DNA of 47,570 nucleotides from Candidatus Aenigmatarchaeota archaeon (GTDB lineage Archaea; Aenigmatarchaeota; Aenigmatarchaeia; QMZP01; QMZT01): NCBI GenBank assembly GCA_003663325.1, contig QMZT01000003.1, positions 1 to 47,570 of the forward strand, read 5' to 3'. Shown piece by piece: positions 44,501 to 47,570 of this stretch (position 1 is its first letter; each line of letters starts with the position of its first letter). The notes under the pieces were generated by a model. It saw only the letters and a program-made list of their open reading frames with translations, ran no database searches and was not told where the DNA came from. The position numbers and the translations under genes were made by a program.

Positions 44501-47500
44501 TTCTGTCCCCTCTTCCAGCTATAATCCGTTGTTTGCGACAAAAGCTTTGGACTATCTTCTGGCTCAGCATCACCTTCCTCAAATCTTTGCAATAATCCAT
44601 TGGCCGTCTTTTCATTGGTTGCATGGCCTGTACTTTCTGGTGTACTTTCTGTTGTTAGATAATAGTAACATTCATAGCCATTGGGATAGTCAGTTGGATT
44701 AATCATATCGTAGCTTTCTGGCACTTCAGCATCCTTAAACACACAAACCCTGTTATACATAACACCACCTGTAAGATAAGAAGTGGCTTGATGCTCAGTC
44801 TTTCTTAAATCTCTTTCATTTTTATCTGTAGTTTGAGAAAGGGGCACGAGGTCAAGCACACCAGAGCTCCTTGTGTATGTTCCTTTTCCAAACTGATAGA
44901 ATTGTCTGTAATCGTAAGTCTCATAGTGGCAGTGATCTTTATCATTCAAGCTTGTATGCAAGCCATCACATACTATCATCCTCTTAACCCTTACTCCGCC
45001 TCCATAGTTGTCAGAGTACGGTATGCTCTCGTCTCTTAGCTCAGCATAATAATTCTCTAACGGGCCATCTCCTTTGCTTGTAAACCACTTATCTATTTCA
45101 TACTCCCACTTTATCTCAGCTCCACTTGGTAATTTAACCCTAGAAAGCATCCATGCAGAGCTTAGGTCAGCAGAATAATGCTCCTTTATTTCCTCATCAC
45201 TTAATGATCTATTATATATACGAACTTCATCTATGGTACCTATGAAATTGTATTCATCACCCACAATCTCGGGAGTTGCATCAAACAAACCAATAGTTAA
45301 ACCACTATTTTTTCCATTCAACCCGGAATAACGAGGTATAATAGGAGCTGCAACCCTTTTTTCACCAACTAATTTACTATTAATATATAACCTCATATTT
45401 GAGCCGTTATAAATAGCAACTATGTAGTACCATTTGTGGGGTTGGAGTGATTCAGACGAAGTGATTGATCCACAGCGTATGGCTTTACCAGTATCCCATT
45501 CCTGTTTATAACAGATCTCGAATACGATCTTCCCATTTTCATCCATGTACAACGAGTAATTTGATGCTTCTGTAATCACCACCCCTTTATTTTCTTCCAC
45601 TCGGTATATTATCCCTCCTTTTGATATTTTATCTGGATTGACCCAGGCTTCAAATGTTACATTATTTCTTAAATACATGCTTGTAGGAGATACGGTAATG
45701 TAGGCATAATAACCTTCTGTAGGGTTAATGTTTTCAAATTTTAATCCTGCCTTACAATAGCCATTTACCCATTTTGCATTTCCACCTGAAGTAAAAATGT
45801 TACCATCATTTCCATATTTGCTACTATCGCCTACTTTATTTCCTGAACCTTCATTTAAGTGGTATGAAGCCACTAGGCTGTCATCTTCATCAATTGTTCT
45901 ATCAAAGCAATATTTACTATATAAATTGGAGAACTTCGTCTGCTTATCTGTTGGTCCATTATAATTATCCTTTGTACAACCAGGGCAGTACATACCAAAA
46001 GAATCAATTTTACTTTTATCGTAAGGCGGATTTATGTCATAGTAAAACTCCATTTTCGGCAAGCAATTCCTGCCCGAACCATCGCAGATTTCTATGTTTT
46101 TTAATGTGTATTTTCCGTATTCCTCTCCCCATATTTCATTGAATGAATACCCAGGGGCAAGCTCATACATTTCATCACTATCAATACCTGAGTTAAACCT
46201 TACAATTTTAACAGGTTTTCCTGTAATCCTGCTCTTGAGCACAATTTCTTTTAGTACGCTTAATCTATCATAGGCAGATACCCAATCATAGAAGACCCCA
46301 CCAACTTCTTTGCATCCATAGGAATCTGGAACCCCTTCTGGAAGGATGCGCCATATTTCCTTTTCATCCTTTCTACCATAAAAATTCCTAATAAATTCAG
46401 CTTCATACACGGGTGTGATGATTTTTGAAAGATAGCTAATATCTCTGAAGCTGTTTTTAAGGAGTTTGAGATGATACTTCTTGCTACCATCTTTATAGTA
46501 GTCTTTCTTTACAATTCTAGAAGTGTTCATGCCATAATAAAACCCGCAGGAATGTTGTAATTCAACACAATTACCAGAATCATCATAATAATAATGGCCT
46601 AAATTAAGCGGTACAGTTCTTTCATACCTGAACGCAATCCAGCCACCTTTGTTATTTTTTCCTTCTGCCCCATCATCTAAAGGATTATAAGGGTCACCAC
46701 CACCATCTACATAGTCCGGACCAAGAATTGCCGTTAATTTCCATGCATACGGGTAGGCTTGGGGTATAAACTTCTTAAATTCAATATTTATGAGGCCTGT
46801 TAGTCCAAATTTATGGTAGAGAAAGATCCACTCTGTTGTTAAATGTTCATAGTTAACAGCACCTTTTATCCTTGGGTCGCCATACACATATTTTGTTCCA
46901 TCCGGAAGGGTTACAATAAACCTATCTATCTCTTTGCTTATATTATATTTTATGCGTCTCTTAGAAAAACTGCCTGGCGCTACCCATTTAACATACTCAT
47001 GCTCAGAGTCGCAAACTTCGTCACGAGGGTAAAGTTCGCAATACTCTTCACGTGTCTTGTTTGCATAAAGCCTTTTTGAAGGATAGTCGCTTTCTATATC
47101 TGTATCAAATTCTATATCAACATAATATGGACTGGGTGCCATTTTTAAATAAAATTTAGCATCTTCTATGCCATTTATTCTACCAAAGCCGTTCTTGCTG
47201 GCTATTACCATTTCTCCAGCCCCAGGAAAACCAGAAACCGACCATATATCCGGCATCCCGCCATCTTTAACGTATTCTTTAAAATCATTCGTGGCTGGAT
47301 TTTCACCAAATCTTGGAGTATAAAGAAAGCCATATCTTTTAATATAGTTAAGGTCTTTTTTACCATCGCATGCAGGATTTTCCGCATCGAACTTCTTTAA
47401 CTCGGAGATCGTACCGCTAATTGAGCTAACACTTTTCATCATTCCGTAAATGCTATAAATCTGCATAAATGCTTCATAAAGCTCTCCAATACCTATCATA

Positions 47501-47568
47501 TCAGCAAAGTATCTCCCTACGGTTGTATATACATTTTCAAAAGATCTAAAAGATATACTCTCTTCATA
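41494..47568 (-). CDS. Giant YD/RHS-type shell protein (N-terminal half; 5'-partial, frame open to the window end) with two LamG domains and a DUF2341-like domain
   Basis: No stop upstream of 47499 (YEESISFRSFENVYTTVGRYFADMIG). Motifs PDIWSVSG, PDGTKYVYG, AWKLTAI, LSRVKLPSGAEIKWEYE, GGGVRVKR, YDSYGNI, YDNFWRL, YYDGLNR; LamG motifs IDEVRIYNR.LS and IDEVKIYKR.LT. Confidence 0.88.
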   Translation of the reverse strand, partial: YEESISFRSFENVYTTVGRYFADMIGIGELYEAFMQIYSIYGMMKSVSSISGTISELKKFDAENPACDGKKDLNYIKRYGFLYTPRFGENPATNDFKEYVKDGGMPDIWSVSGFPGAGEMVIASKNGFGRINGIEDAKFYLKMAPSPYYVDIEFDTDIESDYPSKRLYANKTREEYCELYPRDEVCDSEHEYVKWVAPGSFSKRRIKYNISKEIDRFIVTLPDGTKYVYGDPRIKGAVNYEHLTTEWIFLYHKFGLTGLINIEFKKFIPQAYPYAWKLTAILGPDYVDGGGDPYNPLDDGAEGKNNKGGWIAFRYERTVPLNLGHYYYDDSGNCVELQHSCGFYYGMNTSRIVKKDYYKDGSKKYHLKLLKNSFRDISYLSKIITPVYEAEFIRNFYGRKDEKEIWRILPEGVPDSYGCKEVGGVFYDWVSAYDRLSVLKEIVLKSRITGKPVKIVRFNSGIDSDEMYELAPGYSFNEIWGEEYGKYTLKNIEICDGSGRNCLPKMEFYYDINPPYDKSKIDSFGMYCPGCTKDNYNGPTDKQTKFSNLYSKYCFDRTIDEDDSLVASYHLNEGSGNKVGDSSKYGNDGNIFTSGGNAKWVNGYCKAGLKFENINPTEGYYAYITVSPTSMYLRNNVTFEAWVNPDKISKGGIIYRVEENKGVVITEASNYSLYMDENGKIVFEICYKQEWDTGKAIRCGSITSSESLQPHKWYYIVAIYNGSNMRLYINSKLVGEKRVAAPIIPRYSGLNGKNSGLTIGLFDATPEIVGDEYNFIGTIDEVRIYNRSLSDEEIKEHYSADLSSAWMLSRVKLPSGAEIKWEYEIDKWFTSKGDGPLENYYAELRDESIPYSDNYGGGVRVKRMIVCDGLHTSLNDKDHCHYETYDYRQFYQFGKGTYTRSSGVLDLVPLSQTTDKNERDLRKTEHQATSYLTGGVMYNRVCVFKDAEVPESYDMINPTDYPNGYECYYYLTTESTPESTGHATNEKTANGLLQRFEEGDAEPEDSPKLLSQTTDYSWKRGQNYKVEYYSSNKSEGLDGLLMTFERKYEMKEHFKVYYGGGELAGAKIGTKDGDYLDGFSSGWSRMRSMITTIYDGRDMVKIHKYSGYDEFTGLPRFIIEEGNDKFKVSTMDYVYNYYPEMLSKHIISPISNATTYEVDRNVYESNICPHNCGCINGYCRMYIDGECSTTPSKELDFCIEDDNGVGHYLMLNMNYRRPIAITGLEEDLDNYQLLIENPVYDETGLVGAWSFEKIKEGKVYDSSGFMNDGTIVNNVKTVEGVFNSALLFEGNGHLEIPYSDSLNVSNYDGLSVEMWIKPNSYNEGTFSYIFILGKKSKEEDLFIYKVYITRYSELMFGVTTETETSRGTQHFFYGVTAPITLNKWHHVVGTYNKSTRKVKLYIDGNFVGSRDVETGNLLEDVGAGEASLVIGKDPRKYIKDYNGSIDEVKIYKRELTQEEIRQRFEAKLKPNYADIRFTDEQGKELPYWMESYGKFWVRVPHIPANGETKIYVYYGNRKASSASDGTQVFDKVGSFDNFKQGWDATLPSGGCKTKLEDSALTSFEKPSGYNWKGRGVDISTDYVDEGEATWFVWFVRKEFVAPNEFELIFSTIADDDEAWTAIYSTNVTYIIGGNVGDCDGTGSHSNPKKYKAIIPEGRFIFAGRGHNGKDYAYLQITDVSKGLDKLYTRKIVKKEVLVRGSGGTADRLEKVEARPSYTIGEEEALDPFEKWKALKSMVTEYKSFGGRIYPYKIKQWYDTNKNGKIDAGDEYVVKKTLEYDSYGNIIKSTDGEGKSEYTRYDNEYGVMPIKGWNDEYGSEAEPAWQKVYDGTSLLPIKLINENGQETRYEYDNFWRLSKVWFPGDDTSKPSLIYEYTFNPDGEFPISLTLKKKIDNTRYYTERVYYDGLNRKIKSVVHSSDGNIVSYDVILGSRGLIKRRYKPYFEEEGRGAYIEYEYYPNPLARLKAAKTYDKDGNLLGTIKYYYGIKDGMLYVTTEDEEGNQIRHLFDKLTRLVKVEEGRWKE

Positions 47569-47570
47569 TA

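Noticed and set aside
1-47570. CRISPR array, tRNA or rRNA genes
   Set aside because: Intergenic gaps are almost all under 100 nt and AT-rich; I saw no regularly spaced direct repeats, cloverleaf-like segments or GC-rich structured stretches. Not computationally scanned.

Overview
Densely packed, AT-rich archaeal chromosome segment. Archaeal marker genes are TFB, eL15, eL42/L44e, eS27, uL11, archaeal-type GluRS/ValRS/Cmk/NadM and a presenilin-like protease. Broken-up ribosomal operons, tiny intergenic gaps and many lipoproteins, class III-signal proteins and Ig-repeat surface proteins suggest a small-genome DPANN lineage (Aenigmarchaeota-like; inference). Housekeeping genes alternate with an unusually large set of exported proteins: (i) four tandem paralogous lipoproteins divergent from a type IV pilin-like gene; (ii) a three-gene run led by a coiled-coil protein ending in about 12 amphipathic beta-strands (outer-membrane-barrel-like, unexpected in an archaeon), followed by two large Cys-stapled Ig-repeat surface proteins; (iii) at the right end, a giant RHS/YD-repeat shell split into two overlapping genes, decorated with LamG, DUF2341 and CBM4/9-like modules, lacking the RHS autoprotease core and toxin tip, and followed by a MidA-like methyltransferase. 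An isolated hypF, a D-2-hydroxyacid dehydrogenase and a thioredoxin-CcdA fusion are also present. I saw no tRNA, rRNA or CRISPR array. All calls come from reading motifs by eye, not from database searches.
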